Source: Anaerolineales bacterium (lineage in GTDB: Bacteria > Chloroflexota > Anaerolineae > Anaerolineales > UBA4823). Taken from it: 45,465 nt of DNA. A program made the position numbers and the translations under genes. The notes beneath the pieces were generated by a model. That model worked only from the letters and a program-made list of their open reading frames with translations. It made no database searches and was not told the origin of the DNA. Of this stretch, positions 9,128-19,506 are shown one piece after another (within the stretch, counting starts at the first letter, position 1; each line of letters begins with the position of its first letter). The stretch covers positions 1-45,465 of the forward strand of contig DASWHG010000219.1 in the NCBI GenBank assembly GCA_036393315.1, read 5' to 3'.

Positions 9128-10354
9128 TCATTCGTAGCGCAGGGCTTCCACGGGTTCCAGGCTGGCAGCCCGGTTGGCGGGGTAAAGCCCGAAGAACAGC
9201 CCGACCGCGGTGGAGAACAGGGTGGCGAGCAGCACGACATCTAGACCAATGGCTGGATCGATGGGGGCGTTATTGGCGGCTGCGATCCGGCCAACGATGG
9301 CCGCGATGGCCCAACCGAGCAGGATCCCGATCACGCCGCCGATCAGGCTGAGCACGGAGGATTCCGTCAGGAATTGGACCAGGATGTCTCTCTTACGGGC
9401 TCCCAGCGCTTTCCGCAGGCCGATCTCTCGAGTCCGCTCGGTGACGGAAACCAGCATGATGTTCATGATCCCGATCCCGCCGACGAGCAGAGAGATGGCC
9501 GCGATCCCGCCCAGGAAGATGGTCAACACATTCGTGATCGTCCGGGCGGTATTCAGGAAGTCCTGCTGGGTGAGGATGGTGAAATCGTCGGCTCCCACTG
9601 CCGTGCGGTGGCGGGCGCGCAAGATCTGGGCAACTTCTTCGACCGCCTGAGGCACTTCCCCGGCGCTGGCGGCTTGCACCATCAGCATATCCACCCGGTC
9701 TCGGCTCGACCGGCGGATCAGGCGGGTCTGGGCTGTGGTCAGAGGGACCAGGACGCGATCGTCTTCATTGTTGAAGGAGGAGCCTCCTCTCTCCTCCAGG
9801 ACCCCGATCACGCGGAAAGGATGGCCTTCGATCCGCACCGTCTCGCCGGTCAGGCCCTCGGTGCGCCCAAACAACTTGTTCGCGACCTCTGTACCGAGCA
9901 AGGCGACCGAGGCTTGCCCGAGGATGTGTTCTTCACGGATAAACTCGCCTTCTTTCAGGGTGTTGTTGCGCACCGGGCCGTAGGCCGGCGTCACGCCTTC
10001 AATGGAGGTGACGGTGCTCTCGGCGCCAAAGGCGACCTTGCCATTGCCCTGGAGAATTGGAGCCACCTCGGCCACGGAAGGAGCCTGGAAAGGATCGGAA
10101 ATAGCGCTGGCATCCCCCAGGGTAATTGGCTGGGGATTGCGAACCTCTTCAGAGCTGCTGCGGAAAACAAACAGCAGGTTCGTACCGATGCCCTGGATCG
10201 AGCCGGTAATGGTATTTTCGGCGCCCCGGCCGATCGAAATCATGGCGATCACCGCGGCCACACCGATCACAATGCCTAAGATCGTCAGAGCGGAGCGCAG
10301 CTTGTTGGCGGAGAGGCTCTCCAGGGCTTCGAAGAAAGGCTGCCAGAGGTTCAT
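9128..10354 (-). CDS. ABC transporter permease, MacB/FtsX family
   Basis: 408 aa with an N-terminal TM, a large extracytoplasmic domain and a C-terminal FtsX-type 3-TM bundle ([17 protein letters not shown]). Overlaps the upstream ATPase gene by 4 nt. Confidence 0.88.
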   Translation of the reverse strand: MNLWQPFFEALESLSANKLRSALTILGIVIGVAAVIAMISIGRGAENTITGSIQGIGTNLLFVFRSSSEEVRNPQPITLGDASAISDPFQAPSVAEVAPILQGNGKVAFGAESTVTSIEGVTPAYGPVRNNTLKEGEFIREEHILGQASVALLGTEVANKLFGRTEGLTGETVRIEGHPFRVIGVLEERGGSSFNNEDDRVLVPLTTAQTRLIRRSSRDRVDMLMVQAASAGEVPQAVEEVAQILRARHRTAVGADDFTILTQQDFLNTARTITNVLTIFLGGIAAISLLVGGIGIMNIMLVSVTERTREIGLRKALGARKRDILVQFLTESSVLSLIGGVIGILLGWAIAAIVGRIAAANNAPIDPAIGLDVVLLATLFSTAVGLFFGLYPANRAASLEPVEALRYE

Positions 10355-11031
10355 GCCTCCCCCTCCACCAGGCCGTCGCGCAGGCGGATAGAGCGCCAGG
10401 TATGCCGGGCGACGTCCGCGTCATGCGTGACGATGATCAGGGTCGTGCCGCGCTCTTTATTCAGCGAGAGCAGAAGCTGCATAATCTCCTCGCCGGACCG
10501 GGAATCCAGGTTCCCGGTAGGTTCGTCGGCCAGGATGATGGCTGGCTCGTTGACCAGGGCTCGGGCGATGGCAACCCGCTGCTGCTGCCCGCCGGAGAGC
10601 TCATTCGGGCGGTGGTTGACCCGGTCGCCGAGCCCGACCGATCCGAGCGCTTCCCGGGCTTTTTCCTTCCGGCTACGGCCGATCCCGGCATAGCGCATGG
10701 GCAGCTCCACGTTTGAGAGCGCGGTGGCACGCGAGAGCAGGTTGAAGCTTTGAAAGACAAACCCGACTTTACGGTTGCGGATGGAGGCCAGCTGGTCGTC
10801 GTTCAAGGTGGAGACATGCTCACCGTCCAGGATGTACTCTCCGGAGCTCGGTCGATCCAGGCAGCCGATGATATTCATGAGCGTCGATTTCCCCGAGCCG
10901 GAAGGACCCATGATCGAGACCACCTCCCCCTGATGGATTTTAAGGGAAACACCGCTCAGCGCATGGACTTCCATCTCACCCATCTTATAAGTCTTGGTGA
11001 GGTCCTGTGCTTCGATCACCCAATCGCTCAT
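10351..11031 (-). CDS. ABC transporter ATP-binding protein (MacB/LolD-type)
   Basis: 226 aa with Walker [10 protein letters not shown], signature [15 protein letters not shown] and Walker [12 protein letters not shown]. Confidence 0.93.
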   Translation of the reverse strand: MSDWVIEAQDLTKTYKMGEMEVHALSGVSLKIHQGEVVSIMGPSGSGKSTLMNIIGCLDRPSSGEYILDGEHVSTLNDDQLASIRNRKVGFVFQSFNLLSRATALSNVELPMRYAGIGRSRKEKAREALGSVGLGDRVNHRPNELSGGQQQRVAIARALVNEPAIILADEPTGNLDSRSGEEIMQLLLSLNKERGTTLIIVTHDADVARHTWRSIRLRDGLVEGEA

Positions 11032-11033
11032 CG

Positions 11034-12440
11034 CTACCTCTCCACGAACGGCGGGGGGCCTTGTTGGTCAAACTCGGTAGGTGGATTGAGAACGATCTGG
11101 TCCCCGATGTCCAGGTCCCCTTGCAGGAGCTGGCTGTATAATTCCGAAGAGGCTCCCAGCGTCACCGGTACGGGTTCGGGGAACTCCGAACGCAGCACGT
11201 AGACCACCCGCTCTCCATCCCGCAGCCGCACGGCCCGGTTCGGGACCAGCGCCACATCCTCCAGCTGTTCAACGATGACGTTAACGGCTGCGGTCATCCC
11301 GGGCCGGACGGCCTCATCCGCATCGGTCAGCTCCACCGTTACCTTGAAATCTACAACTCCCTCAACAGAAGAGCCCACCATCGCGACTTCGTGGACGACG
11401 CCGTGGTATTCCTGAGTAAGGATCGCATCGAAGGTCAGGTTGACGTTCTGCCCGATCTGGAGACGGTTGATATCCACTTCAGAGAGCTGCACATCAACTA
11501 AAAGGCGGCTGAGGTCGTCCAGCCGGAAGGCGACCGAACCCGGGGCAACCTGGTCGCCCGGTTTCGAATGGACTTCGGTGATCGTACCCGGGAAAGGCGC
11601 GGCGATCTGTCTCAAGTCGACGGTGGCCTGGGCCGCGGCGATGCGCGCCTCGGCCGCGGCGATGTCATCTGCGTCCGGTCCTGCCAGTAACTTCTCGTAC
11701 TGGTCCTGAGCGTCTTCCAGCTGGGCCTGGGCCACGGCATAGTTCGATTCGGCAACAGACAGGTCGATCGGGTTGGACGTCCCTAGCAGGTTGTTGAGCA
11801 GGCTGGCAGCGGCATCGTAATCCTTCTGAACCTGAGACAGCTTGCTCTGCAAGGTCGCCCGGATCAAGTTGTCCTCCGGTTTATTGGCATAAGGCTCGAA
11901 GTCCTGGCGCGCCCGTTCCAGGTTGTTCTCAGCCAGCACCAGGTTTGCCCGGGCCTGGTCGATATCCGTCTGGGGTGAGGCAGACTGCAGGTTGTTTAGG
12001 CGGCGTTCGGCATCCCGGAGATTCTCCTGGGCCCTGGCGATGGCCTGTTCGGCCTGAGTCAAGCTCAGAGCGGAAGCCGGCTCGAGCAAATCATTCAGAG
12101 CGGTTTGGGCATTGTACAGCTCTACCCCGGCGAGGATGATATTCTGGGGTAGAGAAGTCTCCTTTAAGATGGCTAATACTTCATCCTCCGCGACCAGGTC
12201 TCCGGCGCTCACGCGGACGTTCTCCACCAGGCCCGTCGTCTGCCAGGTTAGGATCGCCGTCTGGTTCGCCCGGACAACGCCGGTTGCCCCGATTGTTGCC
12301 GTAAGCGAACCACGCTCGACGGCAACGGTCTGTAAACCGCTGATGGCTGCAGCGCGTCTCTGTTCCTGGAAGCGGGTGAAAGCAAACCAGCCTCCGGCCA
12401 GCAGTCCCAGGATAATGACGATCCAAATCACTCTGCGCAT
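11034..12440 (-). CDS. HlyD-family periplasmic adaptor / membrane-fusion protein
   Basis: 468 aa with an N-terminal membrane anchor, long coiled-coil hairpin, and lipoyl-like and beta-barrel regions. It is the first gene of the adaptor-ATPase-permease trio. GGAGGG SD lies upstream. Confidence 0.85.
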   Translation of the reverse strand: MRRVIWIVIILGLLAGGWFAFTRFQEQRRAAAISGLQTVAVERGSLTATIGATGVVRANQTAILTWQTTGLVENVRVSAGDLVAEDEVLAILKETSLPQNIILAGVELYNAQTALNDLLEPASALSLTQAEQAIARAQENLRDAERRLNNLQSASPQTDIDQARANLVLAENNLERARQDFEPYANKPEDNLIRATLQSKLSQVQKDYDAAASLLNNLLGTSNPIDLSVAESNYAVAQAQLEDAQDQYEKLLAGPDADDIAAAEARIAAAQATVDLRQIAAPFPGTITEVHSKPGDQVAPGSVAFRLDDLSRLLVDVQLSEVDINRLQIGQNVNLTFDAILTQEYHGVVHEVAMVGSSVEGVVDFKVTVELTDADEAVRPGMTAAVNVIVEQLEDVALVPNRAVRLRDGERVVYVLRSEFPEPVPVTLGASSELYSQLLQGDLDIGDQIVLNPPTEFDQQGPPPFVER

Positions 12441-12558
12441 ATAAAAAGAACCCTCCAGAATATTCTCGAAAACACATCTTAGGGCGGATAATTCCCAAAC
12501 GGTAATTCTAATCTAAAATCATTTTAATCGCGGGAAGCTGCACGAACCATCCCCTGGT

Positions 12559-12574
12559 TGTGACAATCGTCACG
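12559..12574. promoter_or_regulatory. CRP/FNR-family type binding site TGTGA-N6-TCACG
   Basis: TGTGACAATCGTCACG matches TGTGA-N6-TCACA at 9 of 10 positions. An extra GGTGACA half-site lies at 12581-12587. A TATTAT -10-like hexamer at 12619-12624 places the site centre roughly 60-65 nt upstream of a putative TSS. Confidence 0.35.
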
Positions 12575-12664
12575 AAATTTGGTGACATCCGCGACTGAAA
12601 CCAAACCAACCTCATCGTTATTATAGGGAAAGGACCCACAGATTAACCGACAGGAGAAGTGTCT

Positions 12665-14104
12665 ATGCCATCTATCCCGGGCGAGTTTTTAGCGATCGAT
12701 CGCAAGGCTCGAGCTCGCGTGCCATCCTTAGATGTTGCCACCCGCCCGATTTCCGAGCGGGTGTGTGATTTTCAAGACGTCGTTATCCCGATGGATGCAG
12801 AGCAGGCCATGCTTGAAGCGGCGCGGTGTGTCCACTGCCCGGACCCAGCGCCTTGTGTAGAAGCTTGCCCGGCTCATAATGATATCCCCTCGGCCATGTG
12901 GTTGATCGAGAACGGTGAATTTATCGAAGCGGCCTGGATTTATCGCCAGACCAGCTCGCTGCCGGAGGTTTGCGGACGAGTCTGCCCGCAGGAGCAGCTC
13001 TGCCAGGGTTCGTGCACGCACCTCAAATCCTTCGAACCGGTGCTGACCGGCCCGTTGGAGGCTTTTGTCACCTGCTACGAGCGCAAGCTCGTCGGCGTCG
13101 AGGTCCCCAAGGGCAGCCCCACCGGGCAGAGGGTGGCCATCGTCGGAGCAGGGCCGTCCGGGCTGGCCTGCGCGGAGCAGCTCGTGCAGCGGGGGCATTC
13201 TGTGACTATCTTCGATTCCAAGCCTGCCCCGGGAGGGCTGCTGACCTACGGCATCCCGAATTTCAAACTGCCGAAAGAGGTGGTATTTGACCGGTGGGGA
13301 GACCTGGAGCGAGCCGGCGTGGACTTTGTTCCGGAGACTTATATCGGCAAGGATAAGACCATCGACGACCTGTTTGCGGAAGGTTTCGAGGCGGTGTTCG
13401 TGGGGGTGGGCGTAGGGATCGACGCGCCCATGGAAGTCCCGGGAGAGGACCTGCCCGGGGTGATGAAAGCGACCGAATTCCTGATCCGCTGCAGCCTGGA
13501 GGATGCGGAGCTGCTTCCAAGGGAGATGCGCGGCCGGCCAGAGATTGGAAAGAAGGTGGTAGTGATCGGCGGAGGAGACACCGCTTCTGACTGCCTGCGC
13601 ACCGCGCTCCGGCTGGGAGCCGTGGAAGTGACCTGCCTCTACCGGCGCACGGAAAGAGAAATGCCTGGGGGCCGCCACGACCGAGAGATGGCCAAAGAAG
13701 AGGGAGCGCACTACGAATTCCTCACCCAGCCGGTGCATTTTATCGCCGGCGAATCGGGCCGCCTGGAGAAGGTCGAGTGCATCCGGATGGAGTTGGGCGA
13801 GCCAGATAAGTCGGGGAGGCGCCGCCCGGTCCCGATCGAGGGCACGAACTTTATCGTAGAAGCCGATACCGCCGTCCTGGCCCTGGGCTACTGGCCAGAC
13901 CCCGTCATCGGAGAGACCACGCCCGGGTTGGAAACGCGCAACTGGGGGTTGATCGTCACCGACCGCGCCACGGGCAAGACCAGCCGGCCCGGCGTATTTG
14001 CAGGCGGCGACGTCGTTACCGGTCCGGACCTGGTCGTCACGGCGATGGTCGCCGGGCGGAACAGCGCGGCAGCGATCGACGATTACCTGCAAGGAAAAGG
14101 ATGA
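12665..14104 (+). CDS. GltD/NfnB/SudA-like NAD(P)H-dependent FAD, Fe-S oxidoreductase (paralog 1)
   Basis: Cys clusters CVHCPDPAPCVEACP and CGRVCPQEQLCQGSC. Two dinucleotide folds, VAIVGAGPSGLACA and VVVIGGGDTASDC. ATG at 12665 lies 7 nt after AGGAGA and is preferred over the track GTG at 12659. Confidence 0.88.
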   Translation: MPSIPGEFLAIDRKARARVPSLDVATRPISERVCDFQDVVIPMDAEQAMLEAARCVHCPDPAPCVEACPAHNDIPSAMWLIENGEFIEAAWIYRQTSSLPEVCGRVCPQEQLCQGSCTHLKSFEPVLTGPLEAFVTCYERKLVGVEVPKGSPTGQRVAIVGAGPSGLACAEQLVQRGHSVTIFDSKPAPGGLLTYGIPNFKLPKEVVFDRWGDLERAGVDFVPETYIGKDKTIDDLFAEGFEAVFVGVGVGIDAPMEVPGEDLPGVMKATEFLIRCSLEDAELLPREMRGRPEIGKKVVVIGGGDTASDCLRTALRLGAVEVTCLYRRTEREMPGGRHDREMAKEEGAHYEFLTQPVHFIAGESGRLEKVECIRMELGEPDKSGRRRPVPIEGTNFIVEADTAVLALGYWPDPVIGETTPGLETRNWGLIVTDRATGKTSRPGVFAGGDVVTGPDLVVTAMVAGRNSAAAIDDYLQGKG

Positions 14105-15564
14105 CCACCGATACCCTCCCTGTCATTGGAACGGAGCTGTGCGACCAGGGCAGGGATTTTTCAGCCGTAGACCGGAAGGCGCGTATGCGCCTTCCATTTG
14201 CCGGCCTGCCGCTTCGGCCGGTGGTCGAGCGCGTGCAGGACTTCGAGGAAGTCATGGCGCCCATGGACGCAGCCGGGGCGATCGCGGAGGCGACTCGCTG
14301 CCTGCACTGCCCGGACCCGGCGCCGTGCATGAAGGCCTGCCCGGCCCACAATGACATCTCCCTTGCCTTGTGGCTGATCGAGCAAGGTAAATTCCTGGAG
14401 GCTGCTCAAGTTTACCGGAAGACCAGTTCCATGCCCGAGATCTGCGGCCGGGTTTGCCCGCACGAGAAGCTTTGCCAGGGAGCCTGCGTGCGAAGCAAGC
14501 GGGGCGAACCGGTGCTGACCGGCGCGCTGGAAGTCTTTGTGTGTGATTATGAGCGCCAGGCATTCGGCAGAGAGATCCCGGCCGGTGCGTCGAGCGGGAA
14601 GCGAGTGGCCGTCATTGGGGCTGGCCCGGCGGGGCTGGCCTGCGCGGAGAAGCTGGTCCGCCTGGGACACTGGGTCACGATCTTCGATGCCAAACCGGCC
14701 CCTGGCGGCCTGCTCGTCTATGGTATCCCCAGTTTCAAACTGCCGAAGAAAGTGGTCTTTTCCCTGTGGGACGCACTCGCGCGAGCTGGCGTCGAGTTCA
14801 GAGGCAATACCTACATCGGCAGGACCAAGACGATCAACCAGCTGTTCCACGAGGGGTTCGAAGCCGTTTTTATCGGCGTCGGAACGGGCGTAGATATCCC
14901 CATGGAAGTGCCGGGCGAAGACCTCCCGGGGGTTTACAAGGGCACCGATTTCTTAGTCCGGGCGAACGTGGACGCCAGCCTGCTTCCACCCGGAACGGGT
15001 GGCTACCCCGAGATCGGCAGGAAGGTGGCTGTGATCGGTGGAGGGGATACCGCTTCGGACTGCCTGCGAAGCGCGCTGCGAATGGGCTCCGAGGAAGTGG
15101 TCTGCCTGTACCGGCGCACCGAGAACGAAATGCCCGGCGGCGTCCACGACCGGGAGCTGGCCCGGGCGGAAGGGGCAAAGTACGAGTTCTTGACCCAACC
15201 CGTGCAGTTCCTCCCCGGCGAAAATGGCCGCCTGGCGCAGATCGAATGCTTGCGGATGAGACTTGGAAAACCGGATGCCAGAGGCCGGCGGAGTCCGGTC
15301 CCGATTAAAAACTCCAACTTCTTCGTGCAGGCCGATACCGCCATCCTGGCCCTGGGATACCGGCCGGATCCCATCATCGGCGCGACGACGCCAGGGCTCC
15401 AGACGCATAAGTGGGGCTTGATCATCACCGATCCGGAAACAGGCGCAACCAGCCGCATGGGCGTGTTCGTCGGGGGCGACGTCGCAACCGGCCCTGACCT
15501 GGTCGTCACTGCGATGGTCGCCGGGCGAAAGGCTGCCGATACCATCGACGCCTATCTTTATTAG
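14101..15564 (+). CDS. GltD/NfnB/SudA-like NAD(P)H-dependent FAD, Fe-S oxidoreductase (paralog 2)
   Basis: 487 aa, collinear with paralog 1 and roughly 60-70 percent identical by eye, with the same Cys clusters and GxGxxG motifs. The ATG overlaps the paralog 1 stop (ATGA). Confidence 0.88.
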   Translation: MTTDTLPVIGTELCDQGRDFSAVDRKARMRLPFAGLPLRPVVERVQDFEEVMAPMDAAGAIAEATRCLHCPDPAPCMKACPAHNDISLALWLIEQGKFLEAAQVYRKTSSMPEICGRVCPHEKLCQGACVRSKRGEPVLTGALEVFVCDYERQAFGREIPAGASSGKRVAVIGAGPAGLACAEKLVRLGHWVTIFDAKPAPGGLLVYGIPSFKLPKKVVFSLWDALARAGVEFRGNTYIGRTKTINQLFHEGFEAVFIGVGTGVDIPMEVPGEDLPGVYKGTDFLVRANVDASLLPPGTGGYPEIGRKVAVIGGGDTASDCLRSALRMGSEEVVCLYRRTENEMPGGVHDRELARAEGAKYEFLTQPVQFLPGENGRLAQIECLRMRLGKPDARGRRSPVPIKNSNFFVQADTAILALGYRPDPIIGATTPGLQTHKWGLIITDPETGATSRMGVFVGGDVATGPDLVVTAMVAGRKAADTIDAYLY

Positions 15565-15588
15565 AAAACTTAAGAGCTGGGGTATAAT
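15561..15588 (+). promoter_or_regulatory. candidate gyrA promoter TTAGAA-16 nt-TATAAT
   Basis: Perfect -10 TATAAT at 15583-15588. The -35-like TTAGAA at 15561-15566 overlaps the stop codon of the upstream gene. Confidence 0.4.
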
Positions 15589-15594
15589 TAAGCT

Positions 15595-15624
15595 GTGTGC
15601 GCCGCAGGCGTACACATCTTTTTT
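15595..15624 (+). terminator. intrinsic terminator-like hairpin plus U6
   Basis: 9-bp stem GTGTGCGCC / GGCGTACAC with one G-U pair and a GCA loop, then ATC and TTTTTT. It lies 31 nt after the stop of GltD-like paralog 2 and downstream of the candidate gyrA -10. Confidence 0.5.
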
Positions 15625-15653
15625 GTCTTACATCTCGACTCGAAGGTTTTATT

Positions 15654-18194
15654 ATGGATATCGGTACCATTCAACAGGTGGACATCGACGAGCAGATGCG
15701 CTCCGCGTACCTGGATTACGCCATGAGCGTGATCGTGGCGCGCGCCCTGCCGGACGCCAGGGACGGCCTGAAACCCGTCCACCGGCGGATCCTGTATGCG
15801 ATGCATGACATGGGGATCCGGGCGAACTCGCCCTATAAGAAATCTGCCCGGATCGTGGGAGAGGTGCTGGGAAAGTACCACCCGCATGGCGATGCAGCCG
15901 TGTACGAAACCATGGCGCGTATGGCCCAGGACTTCTCGATGCGTTACCCGTTGATCGATGGGCAAGGGAACTTCGGTTCGATCGACGGGGACGCGCCGGC
16001 AGCCATGCGCTACACCGAGGCCCGGCTTGGATCGATGGCCGAGGAAATGCTCGCCGACATCGAGCAGGATACGGTTGACTTTGGGGATAACTTCGACGGC
16101 TCGCTGCAGGAACCCGCCTGCCTGCCCGCCCGGCTGCCCAACCTGCTTCTGAACGGTTCTTCCGGGATCGCCGTCGGAATGGCGACCAATTTACCGCCCC
16201 ACAACCTGACTGAACTGGTCGAAGCGCTGCATTTCCTGCTCGATAATTACGATAAAGTAGATGAGATCACGGTCGAGGACCTGCTAAAATTCATCCCTGG
16301 ACCGGATTTCCCCACCGGCGGTATCATCGTCGGCGACGAAGGCATCCGCCAGGCCTACAGCACCGGACGCGGCCGGATCATCCTGCGAGGTTTGGCCCAT
16401 ATCGAAGAGATGAACGGCGGGCGCTACCGGATCGTGATCACCGAGATCCCCTTCCAGCTCAATAAAACCACGTTGATCGAACGCATTGCCGAGCTGGCGC
16501 GCAGCGGCCGGTTGGACGACATCACGGATTTGAGAGACGAATCTGACCGGCGCGGGATGAGCATTATCATCGAACTCAAACGAGGCGCCCAACCTCGCAA
16601 AGTCCTCAACCAGCTGTATAAGTACACGCCGCTGCAGTCCACATTTGGAGCGCAGATGCTGGCCCTGGTGGAGGGCGAGCCGCGCCTGATCTCGCTCAAA
16701 CGCGCCCTGACGATCTACATGGACCACCGGCGGGAGGTAATCCGGCGCCGTTCCGAGTACCAGCTGGAGAAAGCGCGCGCCCGGGCTCACATCCTGGAAG
16801 GCTTACTGGTCGCCCTGGCGCACCTTGACGACGTGATCCAGACGATCCGGAAGTCAGCGGATGCCGACACCGCCAAGACCCGCCTGATGGAGCGCTTCTC
16901 GCTCTCCGAAGTCCAGGCCCAGGCGATCCTGGATATGCAGCTGCGCCGGCTGGCTGCTTTGGAGCGCAAAAAAATCGAAGACGAGCACAACCAGGTGCTC
17001 GAGCGCATCGCCTACCTGGAAGACCTGCTCGCCAACCCGAAGAAGATCCTGGATGTGATCAAGACAGACCTGGCGGAGATGTCCGAGAAGTACGGCGACG
17101 AGCGGCGGACGCGCATCGCCGCCGAGGCGCAGGAGAGCTTCCGGGAGGAGGACCTGGTTTCCGACGAGGCGGTCCTGATCAGCATCACCCAGCGCGGCTA
17201 CATCAAGCGGGTGATGGCGAAAGCCTTCCGGGCGCAGGGGCGTGGTGGGCGCGGGGTGGCGGGCCACCTCACCAAAGACGAGGACGAAGTCGTGATGCTC
17301 TTCCCGGCGCGCACCCTGGACACGATCCTGTTCTTCACCGATAAGGGCAAGGTGTATTCAGAGAAGACCTACCAGATTCCGGATGCGGACCGCACCGCCC
17401 GGGGTATCCCGATCGTGAACATTCTCTCGTTGGGAGCGGGGGAGACGGTTACGGCAGCGGTCGCTGTGCCCAAGTTCAGCGCGGCCGAGTACTGCACCAT
17501 GGCCACCCGGCAGGGACGGATCAAACGAGTGGCTCTTTCCGAGTTCGCTGCGGTGCGACCATCCGGGCTCATGGCCATCACGTTGGGGTCCGGCGACGAA
17601 CTGTGGTGGGCGCGCCTGACCCACGGCGACAGTGAGATCCTGCTGGTCACAGAGCGCGGGCAGGCGGTGCGCTTTGCGGAGAAGGAAGTCCGCACGATGG
17701 GCAGGACGGCAGGAGGGGTGACAGCCGTCCGCCTGGCCAGGAATGACCGGGTGGCGAGCATGGAGGTGGTGGAAGAAGGCGCCGACCTGCTGGTGATCAC
17801 CAGCCAGGGATACGGGAAACGAACCCCGCTGCGAGAATACCCGGCCAAAAGCCGGGCCACCGGGGGTGTGGCGACGATCGACCGCAATTCTTTGGATAAG
17901 GTCGGCCGGATCATCGCTGCCCGCGTGGTGCTGGAGAACGACGATCTGACGATCATCTCCAGCAACGGGCTGGTCTTGCGAGCAAAAGTGAAATCCACCC
18001 GGCTGGCAGGCAGGGCGACGCGCGGGACAAGGCTGATCGAGTTGCAGCAGGGAGACCGGGTCGCCTCGGTTGCCCGCATCGCCGACGCCGACCTGCGCAG
18101 CGTGGGGGTAACGCCAAACCAGGAGCGAGGCGAGAGCGACCGGACAGCGCAATCGAGTGATGGGCGAGGGGCTGAAACGCTAGACGAAGGCTAA
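15654..18194 (+). CDS. gyrA: DNA gyrase subunit A
   Basis: N-terminal [29 protein letters not shown], catalytic-Tyr region [10 protein letters not shown] and a C-terminal beta-pinwheel repeat region. Trimmed to the ATG at 15654, which has a GAAGG SD 8 nt upstream. The track extension is non-homologous. Confidence 0.95.
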   Translation: MDIGTIQQVDIDEQMRSAYLDYAMSVIVARALPDARDGLKPVHRRILYAMHDMGIRANSPYKKSARIVGEVLGKYHPHGDAAVYETMARMAQDFSMRYPLIDGQGNFGSIDGDAPAAMRYTEARLGSMAEEMLADIEQDTVDFGDNFDGSLQEPACLPARLPNLLLNGSSGIAVGMATNLPPHNLTELVEALHFLLDNYDKVDEITVEDLLKFIPGPDFPTGGIIVGDEGIRQAYSTGRGRIILRGLAHIEEMNGGRYRIVITEIPFQLNKTTLIERIAELARSGRLDDITDLRDESDRRGMSIIIELKRGAQPRKVLNQLYKYTPLQSTFGAQMLALVEGEPRLISLKRALTIYMDHRREVIRRRSEYQLEKARARAHILEGLLVALAHLDDVIQTIRKSADADTAKTRLMERFSLSEVQAQAILDMQLRRLAALERKKIEDEHNQVLERIAYLEDLLANPKKILDVIKTDLAEMSEKYGDERRTRIAAEAQESFREEDLVSDEAVLISITQRGYIKRVMAKAFRAQGRGGRGVAGHLTKDEDEVVMLFPARTLDTILFFTDKGKVYSEKTYQIPDADRTARGIPIVNILSLGAGETVTAAVAVPKFSAAEYCTMATRQGRIKRVALSEFAAVRPSGLMAITLGSGDELWWARLTHGDSEILLVTERGQAVRFAEKEVRTMGRTAGGVTAVRLARNDRVASMEVVEEGADLLVITSQGYGKRTPLREYPAKSRATGGVATIDRNSLDKVGRIIAARVVLENDDLTIISSNGLVLRAKVKSTRLAGRATRGTRLIELQQGDRVASVARIADADLRSVGVTPNQERGESDRTAQSSDGRGAETLDEG

Positions 18195-18230
18195 GGCAAC
18201 GCGGCAACGGGACCGGAGAACAGGGGCCAT

Positions 18231-18260
18231 GGAAGAGAAGTCCCCGAAATCTTCTCTTCC
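18231..18260. terminator. perfect 10-bp hairpin between convergent genes (possible U-tract-less terminator)
   Basis: GGAAGAGAAG-N10-CTTCTCTTCC lies between the gyrA stop and the stop of the minus-strand small ORF. No U-tract on either strand. Confidence 0.25.
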
Positions 18261-18284
18261 CGCGTTCACGCCGGAGGCCGTTGG

Positions 18285-18494
18285 CTAGAGAATGACTTTT
18301 CCGGTCACGACGAGGAAGAGCGTGCCCATGATGCACGTCATCACCAAAAGCATCAAAGCGATCAAGAACCGCTGGGCGGGGGTCATCCCCAAGAATTTTC
18401 GTTTAACGGGGGGTTGTTTGGCTACTGCGGAAGGTTCTTCTTCCTCATCGAAAAAGGTCGAGGTGTTTGCCTGTTCACGGAATTCTTCGAGCAT
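18285..18494 (-). CDS. hypothetical small membrane protein (69 aa)
   Basis: AGGAGA SD 6 nt upstream of the ATG. Acidic N-terminal half and a single C-terminal TM helix (FLIALMLLVMTCIMGTLFLVV). Confidence 0.55.
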   Translation of the reverse strand: MLEEFREQANTSTFFDEEEEPSAVAKQPPVKRKFLGMTPAQRFLIALMLLVMTCIMGTLFLVVTGKVIL

Positions 18495-18585
18495 CGTTGA
18501 TCTCCTGGTTGGCCCGAGATGTGAGCGGCTCTAGTCAAGCTGAGCGGCTCTGGCCAAGCAGCGTGAAAGAGGGTTCTTTCCGCCT

Positions 18586-19482
18586 TTACCGCTCACGATC
18601 AAGTTTAGTCGATCTCGGCGGGCTGTCAACGGGTCGCAGGCGCACCTCACCGATTTGTAATGTCGTCACCTCACCGGTGGGCAGGCGCAGCCGGAGAGCT
18701 CCTTCCTGGTCCAGGCCGAGCACCTGGCCCTCGAGCGGTGCTTGCCCCTCGACCTGCAGGTAAACTGTCTCCCCGCGGAAGGCCAGCGAATCCTCCCAGG
18801 CCTGCCAGAATTCCGGCGAGGCCAGGCGGGAACGCCAGCTCAGCAGCGCCGCCAGGGTGGATCGAAGCAGGTTCCAGCGGTCGACTGGCCTGCCCAGGAC
18901 GGCCTCGACAAAGGTGGCGGGGGTAGCGACTTCTGCTTCGGGAGGCACGGAAGGTGGGGCAACGTTCACCCCGATCCCCAGGATCACCGCGTCCAACCGC
19001 TCGCCACCCCAGGTCGCTTCAGCCAGCACCCCTGCCAGCTTTTGCCTCCCGACCAGCACGTCGTTCGGCCACTTGATCTGCGGCGACAGGCGATAACTCT
19101 CTCGCAGGGCCGTGCATACAGCCAGGGCCCCTAAAGCTGTCAGGCGCGGCAGGAATTTCGAAGGCAGTTTGCTGAGGTCCTTTTCTTCCTCAGGAAAGGA
19201 TCCGGGAGCCCGGAGGATGGGTTGAACTTCCGGGCCGGAGCCCGAGGACTCAGGGCGCAGTACCAGGCTGAATGCCAGGGCTGAACCGGGTGGCGTGTAC
19301 CAGCGGCGGCGCAGCCGGCCGCGCCCGGCGGTCTGCTCGTCGGCCACGACCAAGGACAGGTCAGGCGCGCCCGCCTCCGCCCAGCGAGCTGCTTCGTCAT
19401 TGGTAGAACCGAGGCGGTCGTAAAAGCGCAAAGGGCCGAGAGGCAGATCTTTTAACAGTCCCTGGAGCGCGGCTGTATCCAT
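18586..19482 (-). CDS. birA: biotin--[acetyl-CoA-carboxylase] ligase (class I, no HTH domain)
   Basis: 298 aa with motifs GRGRLRRRW and KWPNDVL. Carries a ~30-aa Pro/Glu/Ser-rich insertion after LVLRP. A TAGAAT -10 at 19489-19494 lies only 6 nt upstream of the ATG, which suggests a leaderless mRNA. Confidence 0.85.
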   Translation of the reverse strand: MDTAALQGLLKDLPLGPLRFYDRLGSTNDEAARWAEAGAPDLSLVVADEQTAGRGRLRRRWYTPPGSALAFSLVLRPESSGSGPEVQPILRAPGSFPEEEKDLSKLPSKFLPRLTALGALAVCTALRESYRLSPQIKWPNDVLVGRQKLAGVLAEATWGGERLDAVILGIGVNVAPPSVPPEAEVATPATFVEAVLGRPVDRWNLLRSTLAALLSWRSRLASPEFWQAWEDSLAFRGETVYLQVEGQAPLEGQVLGLDQEGALRLRLPTGEVTTLQIGEVRLRPVDSPPRSTKLDRER

Positions 19483-19506
19483 GACCGGATTCTACCGCAA
19501 TACGTA

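Noticed and set aside
12728-14092. Very long antisense or off-frame ORFs. Examples are 12728-14092, 693-1667, 781-1491, 14953-15615, 17358-18152, 23865-24740, 42132-42950, 20426-21073, 7693-8553 and 37854-38687.
   Set aside because: They are shadow ORFs typical of GC-rich DNA. Each lies entirely within a gene that has clear family motifs on the other strand or frame. Their translations are Arg/Pro/Gly/Ala-rich low-complexity sequence with no motifs and no SD.
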